Shown one piece after another: positions 29,434-38,119 of a DNA stretch of 64,000 bases. The stretch is taken from positions 1-64,000 of the IMG/VR virus record IMGVR_UViG_3300036819_000087, one strand, 5' to 3'. Numbering within the stretch: the first letter of the stretch is position 1; every line of letters starts with the position of its first letter. Below the pieces are notes generated by a model that saw only the letters and a list, made by a program, of their open reading frames with translations, did no database searches and was not told the origin of the DNA. This DNA comes from a virus. A program made the translations under genes and the position numbers.

Positions 29434-32400
29434 TGAAATCGCCTTGCGGACCGAGCTGGACGTAGGTCATGCCGTTTTTCTGCGACACAGACTGGACCGG
29501 GAACCGGCCACCGGTGACGACCTCTTGAAGTTTGGCGCGGTATTCGAGTTCGCTGCCGCCGCCTTCCTCGATGGGGCTGAGGTCCAGGCCCTTCGCGCCG
29601 GGAGCTGCCACGATGACAACACCCCCCTCGCCGCCGAACGCTTTCGCTGTGTCCTCTGACTTGCCCCACGACGCGATCGGGAGGTCAACGGTTCCGCCGG
29701 CCTTGAACATGCGGCGGATCTCGGCTGACGGGAGGGTCAGGCCCCGGTACAGCGGCGTGCGCTGGGCGGTGGCGTCGTCCTCGATGAGTTTCATGAAATC
29801 GTGGGCGTCGCGTGCACCGGGTGTCATGGTGGCCGGTGGTTTCCCGGTCTTCAGGAGGCGGTGCAATTCGTTTGTGAATTGGGCGTCACGGAGAGTGCCC
29901 TGGGTCCGGTTTGAGTACCGGAACGCTTTCGTCCACATGGTGGTCAGGCGGCGTTTCTCAGCCAGGTTGACGCCGCCGGCTGGTGTGGGCGGGGCGGCCG
30001 GGTTCTCATGGGAGTGGGAGACCCCCACGCCACCGAGTGTCCTGCTTATGCGTTCGCTGGGTGGTTTATGCATCTCCTCATGCCGCGTGAGAAGATCCTT
30101 TTTCGGCGGGTTTTTGCTGCCTATGCGGCGGCCGATAGCTGGGCCGCCGCCGTGGTAGTTCTCCAGGTGGTGGATGAGTTCGTCTTTACTCATCCGGTTC
30201 GCGGGGGTCGAGCTAGTCGCAGGTTCGTGCTCGTGCTCGTGCTCGTGCTGTGGTGCTGGTTTCGCTGTGGCTGGGCGGCTGGTACTGCCCGAGTTGTGGT
30301 GGCGGGCGATCGCCTTGACCGCATCGGGGCGGGCGCCGTGGACGGTGCGGCTGCCATCGGAGTGGTTTGCGGTCCACCCGCCGGCTTCACTGCGGGCGAC
30401 ATGCCCGACCGCCCACCCGGACGGCTTGTGCACGACTCCGCCGTCCGAACGGACCGTCAGATCCGCGGCGCGGAGACGGGCTGGCTTCTCCCCGCACGGC
30501 GGCCGGACACACACCCAGCCGTGGACGTACCCCTCGGGGCCGACCTTGCCGACGAACGAGCCGGCGGCCATGCTGGTTGCCTCGTCGACGGTGAAGCCCT
30601 TATCCAGGTCTTCCGCGATCTCGTCGAGGATCTCGCCGGACAGGTGCCGCGGCTCCCACGTGCCGACCGCGCGGCCCTTGCGGAGGTGCCGGGCAAGCGC
30701 GTCGAGTTCAGCCAGCGCCGCCTTCGAGGCGGGGTGGGGCTGGGGGTGGCCCAGCAGGCCCTGGACCAGGGTGCCCGGGATGAAGTCGGGGTCGGCGGGG
30801 AACTTCCCGGCCGCGACCTGCGCGGCCGCGGCCGACACGATCCCCGTCGCCACCGTGTGCGCGGCGTCGTGCTTGAACACGTCGGGGTCGTCGCCGAGCA
30901 TGGCCGCCTCGATCCGCTCGGCCTCGGCCGACTTGTCCGCGCCCGAGGCGGAACGCTGGCCGCCGCCACGGCCGCTCCCGGTCCCGTGTGCGGCGACGGC
31001 GGCGTCGTGGCCGGGTGACTGCCCCCGGGCGGGCGCCTGGGCGGCCGTGGCCCGTCCTGGGCCGGTCTGCGGCTTGGCCTGGCCGGCGGGCAGCGCGGCG
31101 CGCTGCGGCGCGCCCGCCACCTGCTGCGGGGCACCGGGCTGGCCAGGTGGCGCGCCGGCGGGGTGCGCGGCGTCCGGCTGCGCGAATCCGGCCTGCGGCT
31201 GCCCCTGGGTGTTCATCTGCCCCAGCGGCAGGAACCCCGTCGCGCTGGCCCAGCCCGGGTCGCTGGTCTCGGGCAACCCCCACGGCTGTTTGCCGATCTC
31301 GCCGCGGCCCTCGTCGATCGACAGGAGCCCGGCACCGATCTGGGTGACCAGCGTGGTCGTCTTGGTGGCCTCATCCTCTTCCTCTTCGAGCCCTTCGAAG
31401 AGGAACCGCATGTCGTCCTGGTGACAGACCTCTTGCAGGACAAAGTCGCAGATCGCGCCGATATATTCGAGGGTCGGCTTGGTCGCTTTCCGTTCCTGGC
31501 TGCCCTGGCTCATTTTGGCCATTTGGTTGGACGCGCCCGGCGACATTGTGGTGGAAACCTTGGGGGCGATACCGAGTTCCATCGGGGACACGTCGAACGA
31601 CATGCACACCCAGTTCATGACAACCTCGTCGAACTGGTCCGCCAAAGCGGCCGGCCGCTGCGGTTCCGTCTTGGACCCGGGCGGGAGAACGATGATCTTG
31701 TGGTGAAATGCGGGGTCGCCGGCGATCGCGTTCAGGGCGTCCTGGAGCTCGCGGATCTGGTTCGGGGTCATCGTCGCGTCGCCCGGCGAAATGTACACGG
31801 CGGGGACCGTGCCCTCGCGGAAAAAGTCCAGCGCATAGCCCTGCTTCTGCAACCCGGCCATGATCGGCAGGAGGGCCCGCTCCACGGGCGGGAACCCGTA
31901 CGGGGTCCAGCGGCGCTTCTCCACCGGCAGGTACAGGAGCTGGTCGCCGCGGAACTTTTTCCACGCCGACTCGCCCACCCCGGACTGCTCAATGTCCCGG
32001 CCAGTGATCACCGACGTGAGGTCGGTGCGGGGCACCCCGTACAGGTACTGCTGGTAGCCGGGCGCCGGGGGGCGGGGGGTGGCGCCGTTCAGGTCATACA
32101 GGGGCCGGATCGTTTCCCCATCAATCAGGCTGAACGAGTCCAGGTCCGACCCCAGCAGTCCCTTACCCAAACCCCGGGCCCGCTTCGGCTGCAAGAAAAT
32201 GGACAGCGCGTCGAAAACGAGCATCTGCTCCATCGCGTCGCCGATCCAGCTCGACCACGTGAAATAATCGGGATCCGGGCGGTGAAAGAACCGCATGGCC
32301 TTCCCGCGGCGTTCCCCGAATTCGCGCATGGCTTTTTTGTCGCCGCGCATCGCTTTGGCCGCGTCGGGGGTCGGGACAATATCCCACCCGATGCCCTTGA

Positions 32401-32812
32401 TCTCGTTTTTACGCAACTGGATGCAGGACCGGGCCACCGAGTACAGGTCGGCGATCGACCGCAACGTCTGGAACGTGGCCAGTTTGATGCCCTCGGTGCC
32501 AGGCTGACCGGTCGGCAGGTTCCAGCCGACCTCGTACTGCTCCCGCCTGGGCACGGCACGCCCGTCGTCCTCGGGGGTGTCGACCGGGACGGGGAGGATC
32601 GGGGAGAACGGGCCGAACGCGCCCGCGGTGAAATCCTGCGGCGGACGAGGCAGGAACGGGCCATAGGCGGAGGCGTAGCCGTTGCTGGTGTCCTGGTCCC
32701 GGACCGCTGGGGAGACCTGCCCGTACCACTGGCCGCCCTGCGGCGGCGGGGTGGGCTGCGCGGTACCGGGGACGGCCTTGGTCGCGGCCAGGATGGCTCG
32801 GGGAGAAGCCAC
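29423..32812 (-). CDS. Portal protein with C-terminal tagged ADP-ribosyltransferase-like extension
   Basis: Portal motifs (IDGETIRP, YGFPPVE, FFREGTVP, FDVSPMELG, LSIDEGR); tag at 30515-30547; LYRG...ASW...QEV ART-like end; GGAGGT RBS before GTG 32812. Confidence 0.88.
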   Translation of the reverse strand: MASPRAILAATKAVPGTAQPTPPPQGGQWYGQVSPAVRDQDTSNGYASAYGPFLPRPPQDFTAGAFGPFSPILPVPVDTPEDDGRAVPRREQYEVGWNLPTGQPGTEGIKLATFQTLRSIADLYSVARSCIQLRKNEIKGIGWDIVPTPDAAKAMRGDKKAMREFGERRGKAMRFFHRPDPDYFTWSSWIGDAMEQMLVFDALSIFLQPKRARGLGKGLLGSDLDSFSLIDGETIRPLYDLNGATPRPPAPGYQQYLYGVPRTDLTSVITGRDIEQSGVGESAWKKFRGDQLLYLPVEKRRWTPYGFPPVERALLPIMAGLQKQGYALDFFREGTVPAVYISPGDATMTPNQIRELQDALNAIAGDPAFHHKIIVLPPGSKTEPQRPAALADQFDEVVMNWVCMSFDVSPMELGIAPKVSTTMSPGASNQMAKMSQGSQERKATKPTLEYIGAICDFVLQEVCHQDDMRFLFEGLEEEEDEATKTTTLVTQIGAGLLSIDEGRGEIGKQPWGLPETSDPGWASATGFLPLGQMNTQGQPQAGFAQPDAAHPAGAPPGQPGAPQQVAGAPQRAALPAGQAKPQTGPGRATAAQAPARGQSPGHDAAVAAHGTGSGRGGGQRSASGADKSAEAERIEAAMLGDDPDVFKHDAAHTVATGIVSAAAAQVAAGKFPADPDFIPGTLVQGLLGHPQPHPASKAALAELDALARHLRKGRAVGTWEPRHLSGEILDEIAEDLDKGFTVDEATSMAAGSFVGKVGPEGYVHGWVCVRPPCGEKPARLRAADLTVRSDGGVVHKPSGWAVGHVARSEAGGWTANHSDGSRTVHGARPDAVKAIARHHNSGSTSRPATAKPAPQHEHEHEHEPATSSTPANRMSKDELIHHLENYHGGGPAIGRRIGSKNPPKKDLLTRHEEMHKPPSERISRTLGGVGVSHSHENPAAPPTPAGGVNLAEKRRLTTMWTKAFRYSNRTQGTLRDAQFTNELHRLLKTGKPPATMTPGARDAHDFMKLIEDDATAQRTPLYRGLTLPSAEIRRMFKAGGTVDLPIASWGKSEDTAKAFGGEGGVVIVAAPGAKGLDLSPIEEGGGSELEYRAKLQEVVTGGRFPVQSVSQKNGMTYVQLGPQGDFSAH

Positions 32813-32847
32813 GGGCACCTCCCCCGGGTGTGGTTGGCTGGTGCTCG

Positions 32848-33044
32848 TGATGATCAAAATGGACGTGTACGCGGCGGCGGGTGAACGGTTCGCGCCGGGC
32901 GTGTTCACCGACGTGGTCGGGAAGCCGGCCACCTGGACCGTGGGCGGTCAGGCGTGGCTGGGCCGGATCTGGTCGGCGAACATGGCCGACGACGGGACCG
33001 AGGCGACCCTCGCGATCGAGGTCGAGGATCCGCCGGCGGCGTAA
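32848..33044 (+). CDS. Small hypothetical protein
   Basis: Plausible beta-protein composition; start approximate. Confidence 0.4.
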
Positions 33045-33054
33045 CCTGGCCCGC

Positions 33055-33360
33055 ATGGACAAGGAACGGGACCGGTGGGTGGTCGCGTCGCAGGTCGGGG
33101 CGGCCTTGCCGGCTATCCAAGCCGAGCACACCGCCATCTACGTGATCAGGAACGGGCGCGACCCGATCGCGGTGCTGGTCCCACCCGAGTGGTACGAGGT
33201 CGCGGTCGAGGCTATGGGCGGCCCGCCCGGTTCCGACTCACCGCCCGACTGGCCCGCGCCCGCGCAACTCGACGACGGTACGGCGGGCACACCAGCCACA
33301 CCGTCATCCGTACCGTGGTCCACAGTGGCGGCCGAGCCTGGCCCGCCTGCCATGCCTTGA
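33055..33360 (+). CDS. Phd/YefM-like antitoxin-domain protein
   Basis: IYVIRNGRDPIAVLVPPEWYE; TAACCT -10 box 7 nt before ATG (leaderless). Confidence 0.55.
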   Translation: MDKERDRWVVASQVGAALPAIQAEHTAIYVIRNGRDPIAVLVPPEWYEVAVEAMGGPPGSDSPPDWPAPAQLDDGTAGTPATPSSVPWSTVAAEPGPPAMP

Positions 33361-33401
33361 CCCCGAACGCGGCCACCACCCGCGCACGCAACTCGTCCTG
33401 G

Positions 33402-33659
33402 TCACTCATCGGACCGGGCCGTACGCGGGTGCGCCGACGGTGGCACGTAGCGGGGGTCGTCGCGGTAGGTGCGGCCCCGCGCGTGGGCCTTCTCGAACTT
33501 GTACACCGTGGCGAGCACCGTGGTTTTCCCGGCGCCGCGCCTGGCCGGGGGCAGGACGGCGGCCTGGCCGCGGTCCCAGCTCACCAGGAGCGCCCGGACC
33601 ATGTCGGCCTGCCACGGGGTCAGGTCAACCCACCGGCCGTCGATGGTGACGCCCCTCAT
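33402..33659 (-). CDS. Mini P-loop protein resembling a terminase ATPase N-terminus
   Basis: LTPWQ plus ARRGAGKTT in only 85 aa. Confidence 0.45.
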   Translation of the reverse strand: MRGVTIDGRWVDLTPWQADMVRALLVSWDRGQAAVLPPARRGAGKTTVLATVYKFEKAHARGRTYRDDPRYVPPSAHPRTARSDE

Positions 33660-33934
33660 GGGATGACCTGGTAGACGCGGGCGCCGTCATCCTGGATCGA
33701 CCCGTTCCACCGGTACGCCGAGCGGCGGCGGTTGAACAGTGGCCGCGCGGCCAGATCGGCGAGCGTCGACGGAAACGGTGGCGGCTCGGACGGGTCAGGC
33801 AGCTCCATCTGGAGGACCGAGGCGGTAACACCACCCCACGGCATCGCGATCCGTTCCCCGTCGTGGGGGCCGCCGAACAGAACGACCTCGACCGGTGCCG
33901 GGGGGTCGTAGAAGTCTTCGATCTTGCGGGCCAT
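33656..33934 (-). CDS. Hypothetical protein
   Basis: FGGPHDG motif common in small actinophage proteins. Confidence 0.55.
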   Translation of the reverse strand: MARKIEDFYDPPAPVEVVLFGGPHDGERIAMPWGGVTASVLQMELPDPSEPPPFPSTLADLAARPLFNRRRSAYRWNGSIQDDGARVYQVIP

Positions 33935-33941
33935 GCTGGTC

Positions 33942-34307
33942 TCACGGCTTCCAGGTTTTCATCCAGGCCGCGATCCTGGACGGGTCCATCGTCAGCCCGT
34001 GGTCGGTGATCGTGACACCGGGGAACTTGTCCTGGTAGTCGAGCACGGCCTGGTCGGCCTCGTCAGCGACCTTGCCGTAGAACTCGTCGAGGGTGAACAC
34101 GCCCTTTTCGATCAGGAGGGCGACCACGGCCGTCATTTCCACCCGCAGGAGCAGCGACTGTTCCCGGTGGTCGCGGACCGCGTCGCCTTCCGGGTCACCC
34201 TTGGGGCGGGTGCCGAGCTGCCACCCGGTCAGCAAGGTGCGGATCTTGGCCACCTTGTTCAGCGCGGTCTGGTAGCGCACGTCGGGGCTGGGCGGGGTGG
34301 GGTTCAT
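33942..34307 (-). CDS. Hypothetical protein
   Basis: Natural composition; TAGGAT 8 nt before ATG. Confidence 0.65.
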   Translation of the reverse strand: MNPTPPSPDVRYQTALNKVAKIRTLLTGWQLGTRPKGDPEGDAVRDHREQSLLLRVEMTAVVALLIEKGVFTLDEFYGKVADEADQAVLDYQDKFPGVTITDHGLTMDPSRIAAWMKTWKP

Positions 34308-34318
34308 GGCCGATGATC

Positions 34319-34771
34319 CTATCGGTGGCGGCGTGCTGGCCTGCTGGTTTTCGCGGGCATCTGCGCGGCACCGAGCTGGGTGTTGACCGCCCGGCCGAGC
34401 CGCCGCGCCGCGTACTTGGCCTGCTTGGCCGTGAGGCCACCCATCGCCACCTGACCGATGGTCGCCCACGACACGCCGCGGGCCAGCGCGGCGGCGATAA
34501 GGCGGAGGCGGGTGATGTCCCGGCCGAGCTGGTCGGTGACCTCCCCGGTCTGCTGCCCGGCCAGGCCGGCGAGGTCGTCGAGGCTGGCCTCGTGATCATC
34601 TGGGGGGCGTTTGGGTTCCCACTGCTGGACCTCGTCCACCCAGCCTTGGCCGGTCACCAGCGCCACCCGGGGTAGCCGAGCGACGACCAGGCCAGCCACG
34701 CGCCTGCGGCGGCGCTGAGCGCTGCATACGGCCAGCGGACGTGCCGGGCCCACCAGCGGGCCGACCACCAC
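34319..34771 (-). CDS. HTH-like hypothetical protein
   Basis: RGVSWATIGQVAMGGLTAKQAK. Confidence 0.45.
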   Translation of the reverse strand: MVVGPLVGPARPLAVCSAQRRRRRVAGLVVARLPRVALVTGQGWVDEVQQWEPKRPPDDHEASLDDLAGLAGQQTGEVTDQLGRDITRLRLIAAALARGVSWATIGQVAMGGLTAKQAKYAARRLGRAVNTQLGAAQMPAKTSRPARRHR

Positions 34772-34783
34772 CAGCCCGGATCG

Positions 34784-35134
34784 TCACGCATGACCCGGCC
34801 CCGCAGGCTGGAACCGGAACTCCAGACTGGCCCCAGTGTGCGCGTTCATGCCACCGGTCCAGACGCGGACCTCAATGCCGGGGAGCACGTCAAGCCACTG
34901 ATCGGTGTGCTCGACCTGGACGACCAGGCTGCGGTTTGGGTCGGCGTACTGGGGGGGCAGTTCCAGCCATACCCGGTCCGGACCTTCGGCCGGGCCGGGG
35001 CTGGCTTGCTGGGTGGCGTTGAGTGCACCCCAGGCCGCGACCGCGCTGGTGAGCGCCTTGGCCAGCACCGGCAGCGCGGCGGTGATCGTGTCGGCGGGAA
35101 CGTCGATCTCCAGGTTGACGTGGGCGTCAGCCAC
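34784..35134 (-). CDS. Hypothetical protein
   Basis: GAGGAGG RBS, coupled to neighbours. Confidence 0.5.
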   Translation of the reverse strand: MADAHVNLEIDVPADTITAALPVLAKALTSAVAAWGALNATQQASPGPAEGPDRVWLELPPQYADPNRSLVVQVEHTDQWLDVLPGIEVRVWTGGMNAHTGASLEFRFQPAGPGHA

Positions 35135-35507
35135 CGTCGGCCTCCTCGCCCTGGCCGTCGTCGGGTTCGGCGGCGTCGACCAGGAACAGGACCCGGGAGG
35201 CATCCCAGTCCCCGTCGGGCCAGAACTTCGCCTCGATCACCATGCCGTCGGCGTTGCATTTGAACTCGGCGACCCGCGGGCACGCCGGCGTGTTCGGCAA
35301 CGGGTGGATACCGCCACACAGGCGGCATCCGAGGTCTTTCGCTGCGGCGTGGGCGGTGTCGCGTTCCTCGCTGGTCAGGACCCGGACGGGGACGGGGAAC
35401 CGGGGCCGGTCACCGAAGATCCGCTGCCGGGCACCCTGGATCGCCTGGGCGGCGGTGCCTTCGAGGAGGGGCTGGCTGGTGGCGCGGCCAGCGGGCGGCG
35501 GCATCAC
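35127..35507 (-). CDS. Hypothetical Zn-binding protein
   Basis: CRLCGGIH...ACPRV. Confidence 0.55.
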   Translation of the reverse strand: MMPPPAGRATSQPLLEGTAAQAIQGARQRIFGDRPRFPVPVRVLTSEERDTAHAAAKDLGCRLCGGIHPLPNTPACPRVAEFKCNADGMVIEAKFWPDGDWDASRVLFLVDAAEPDDGQGEEADGG

Positions 35508-35998
35508 GGCGTGTCCGGGGCGTGCTGGCTGCGGACCTGGTCGCGAATCTGAGTGAGGCGGGACCGGGCCGTCTCGACCGCATCCCGGGCGATCTCGCCG
35601 GGCGGCGAACCGAACGTGACCAGGGGCGTGGCCGGGTGGAGGACCTTGATCTTCTCGGCCGGGACCAGTAGTGCCCGTATGTGGTCGCCGTTGCTGGCTA
35701 GCCACCAGTTCACGTGCTCCTCAAGGTCACGGAGCTGAGCGGGGGTCCAGTCGGCGGGTACGCGGATGACGAGAAGGTCGCCGGGCTCGACCACGTTGAC
35801 GCACTCGCGGAGCAGGGCCCGCAGTTCACCCGGGCCGAGCGCGGGCGGCACGGGGAGCGGGTGCCGGTGCTGCGCGGTGACCTCGTCGAGCTGGCGGCGC
35901 AACTCGGCGGCCTGCGCCTCGTCGATGTCGGCGCGGTCGGCACCCAGCATCGCCCGGAGTTCGTCGTCGTCGCGGGGGCCGTCCACGGCGGGGCTCAC
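35504..35998 (-). CDS. Hypothetical protein
   Basis: Coupled ORF in a minus-strand run. Confidence 0.55.
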   Translation of the reverse strand: MSPAVDGPRDDDELRAMLGADRADIDEAQAAELRRQLDEVTAQHRHPLPVPPALGPGELRALLRECVNVVEPGDLLVIRVPADWTPAQLRDLEEHVNWWLASNGDHIRALLVPAEKIKVLHPATPLVTFGSPPGEIARDAVETARSRLTQIRDQVRSQHAPDTP

Positions 35999-36285
35999 GG
36001 TCCCACCTGATCCCATGCGCGGGCGTCCAGTTCACCGAGGAGCGCCAGCGAATCGGTGACCACCGGGTGGAGCTCGACCATCGGCGACCCACCGGACATG
36101 AGGGTCACCTGCTGGACCGTGGCCTCCTGGACCCCGCCGGTGGGCAGGTGGAACGCGAGGTGGTCCCCGGTGCGGGGCACGATCGGCAGGAACAGTGCGG
36201 CCGAGATCGTCCACGAGCCGGGGCGGCTGCGGGAGGTGGACCTGACCTGCTGCCGGACCTTGCACAGGACTTGGTCAGCGGACAT
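35995..36285 (-). CDS. Hypothetical protein
   Basis: Coupled ORF, GGAGG RBS. Confidence 0.55.
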   Translation of the reverse strand: MSADQVLCKVRQQVRSTSRSRPGSWTISAALFLPIVPRTGDHLAFHLPTGGVQEATVQQVTLMSGGSPMVELHPVVTDSLALLGELDARAWDQVGP

Positions 36286-36559
36286 CGGCGACCTCGGTGC
36301 GGCCGTGGCGGGGTGGCCAGTTCGCGGCGACCTGCGCGGCCAGGTGGAGACCGAGATCAGGGGGCAGGCTGACCGCGGGGGCGTCCTCGGCGGTCACGGT
36401 GATGTGGACGAGGCGGGTCTTGCCCTCGACGGTGATCTGCCGGGTCTCGGAGATGAGGGTGGGCCAGCCGCCGCTGGACGGGTGGCGGCGGCTGGCCAGT
36501 TCGGCGGTTTCAGCGACCGGGTCGCTGATCGTCCGGGCGGTGCCGGGGATCGGCATCAT
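36275..36559 (-). CDS. Hypothetical protein
   Basis: AGGAGG RBS. Confidence 0.5.
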   Translation of the reverse strand: MMPIPGTARTISDPVAETAELASRRHPSSGGWPTLISETRQITVEGKTRLVHITVTAEDAPAVSLPPDLGLHLAAQVAANWPPRHGRTEVADVR

Positions 36560-36670
36560 CGCGGGTGTCCTCCTGCTGGTTGCGGGTCAGGTCGGGGGTG
36601 TCGCACTCGGGCAGTCCTCGACGGGTTCGCCGCATTGCCGGCAGTGACGCACACGCGCCCTCCCCTTGGT

Positions 36671-36976
36671 TTATGGCATGGGCGGCCCGTAGGTCAGGAC
36701 CTCGATGGTTTCGCCGTGCCGGACGTAGGAGACCCCGGGCGGGGTGATGCCGGTCTGGTTGATCTCGTCGGCGAGCTGGTTGGTGGCGGCCGTGGTGAGC
36801 ACGTCGACCATGAGGGAATGGCCGGTGACCGGCCGGCCGGTGAGCTTGGTCAGTTGCTCGGCGCGGCGGGCGAACTGGGCGCGGACTCCGATTGGGAGAC
36901 GCGCCGTTGTACGTTCTGTGCTCTTGTGCCGGCTGGTGTTACGGTCCTTGCTGGCAGCGGGCTTATTTTCAGCCAT
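36671..36976 (-). CDS. Ribbon-helix-helix-like DNA-binding protein
   Basis: RHK...TTARLP.GVRAQFARRA pattern; divergent from the promoter/operator at 36989-37030. Confidence 0.55.
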   Translation of the reverse strand: MAENKPAASKDRNTSRHKSTERTTARLPIGVRAQFARRAEQLTKLTGRPVTGHSLMVDVLTTAATNQLADEINQTGITPPGVSYVRHGETIEVLTYGPPMP

Positions 36977-36988
36977 CCGGGTCTCCTC

Positions 36989-37030
36989 TTGCCTGTGGCG
37001 GACCACCATAGTAAGTTGGTGGCGGACCAC
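36989..37030 (+). promoter_or_regulatory. Promoter with twin operator boxes
   Basis: TTGCCT-N17-TAAGTT; GTGGCGGACCAC at 36995-37006 and 37019-37030. Confidence 0.65.
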
Positions 37031-37057
37031 AAAGCAAGCGACAACCGAGGAGCCAGA

Positions 37058-37546
37058 ATGACCGACAGCACCGCCCCCCAGGTCGACGACATCGTGACCG
37101 TTGACTACGAACCCGGCACCCTCTGGATCATTCGGCGGGTCAACGCCAAGACTTACTCTCTTGACCAGGTTGACGCCGACGGGCGGCCGTTCCCCGAATG
37201 CCGGCGTATCCGCGCCGACCGTGGCAAGGTCCGCGCCGCCGCCCTGGTCAAGATTCCCGCCCCGTACGCGATGCCCGCCGAGATCCCCGCCACCGGCGCG
37301 ACCGTCGGCATGCTGAAGGCGTGGCTGCGGGACGTGCCCGACAGCATGCCGGTCCTGCTGGCCCGCGACGACGCCGGGAACACCCACGCCGGCCTCGCCG
37401 CTCACACCGGGGCGATCGCCTCCCCCGACGGCCGGTTCGGATTCCAGACCGCACTCTGGGACGGCGACCACCAGGACGCCGACCTGCTCGACCTGATCCA
37501 GGCCGAGGGTGGCCAGCGTGTGTTCGTGCTCATCCCCCAAGCCTGA
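37058..37546 (+). CDS. Hypothetical protein
   Basis: ACAACCGAGGAG motif upstream of ATG. Confidence 0.65.
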   Translation: MTDSTAPQVDDIVTVDYEPGTLWIIRRVNAKTYSLDQVDADGRPFPECRRIRADRGKVRAAALVKIPAPYAMPAEIPATGATVGMLKAWLRDVPDSMPVLLARDDAGNTHAGLAAHTGAIASPDGRFGFQTALWDGDHQDADLLDLIQAEGGQRVFVLIPQA

Positions 37547-37642
37547 GCGACACTAAGGACGCCCCCCTCCCCACGATCCTGGTGGGCAGGCCCCAGACGC
37601 CGAGGGGGGCACGCACCAGCACCGAAACAACCGAGGAGAACC

Positions 37643-38119
37643 ATGACCAAGGACACCACCCCGGCCCAGCGCGGGCCGTTCATCTCCGCCGAGGGGCTGT
37701 ACATGATCGCGGCGCGGACCGTTGACCACCGGGCCTGCCCGGCCGAGGCCCACGACACCAGCCTCCCCGACGGGTGGCAGCCCGGCTACGAACAGGCCGC
37801 CCTGCCCGGCGGGAAGGCCATCGCCTGCAACGACTGCAAGAAGGCCCTGTTCTACTGCGTGCGGGACGAGAACTGGCACCACGTCGACCCGGACGCTGAG
37901 TGTTTCCTGTGCGGGCCGTGGTCGGCCCCGTTCGGGTGGCTGGTCGACCACGCCACCGGAGTCACGGTCCGGGCGGCGGCGATCCCCGACTGGGTCATGG
38001 GGGCACGGTCCCGCATGACCGGCGGAACCGTCGGCTACCCGGGCGCGTTCCGGGACGGGTCCAGCGCCCGCCTCGTGTACGTCGAGGGCGGCCCCGACCT
38101 GCCCACGGTGCCCCAGTGA
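37643..38119 (+). CDS. Hypothetical Cys/His protein
   Basis: ACAACCGAGGAG motif upstream; CNDC...WHH...C. Confidence 0.65.
   Translation: MTKDTTPAQRGPFISAEGLYMIAARTVDHRACPAEAHDTSLPDGWQPGYEQAALPGGKAIACNDCKKALFYCVRDENWHHVDPDAECFLCGPWSAPFGWLVDHATGVTVRAAAIPDWVMGARSRMTGGTVGYPGAFRDGSSARLVYVEGGPDLPTVPQ

Noticed and set aside
23811-30547. Diversity-generating retroelement template/variable repeats explaining the duplicated segments
   Set aside because: No reverse transcriptase in the window, and differences are largely synonymous rather than adenine-specific
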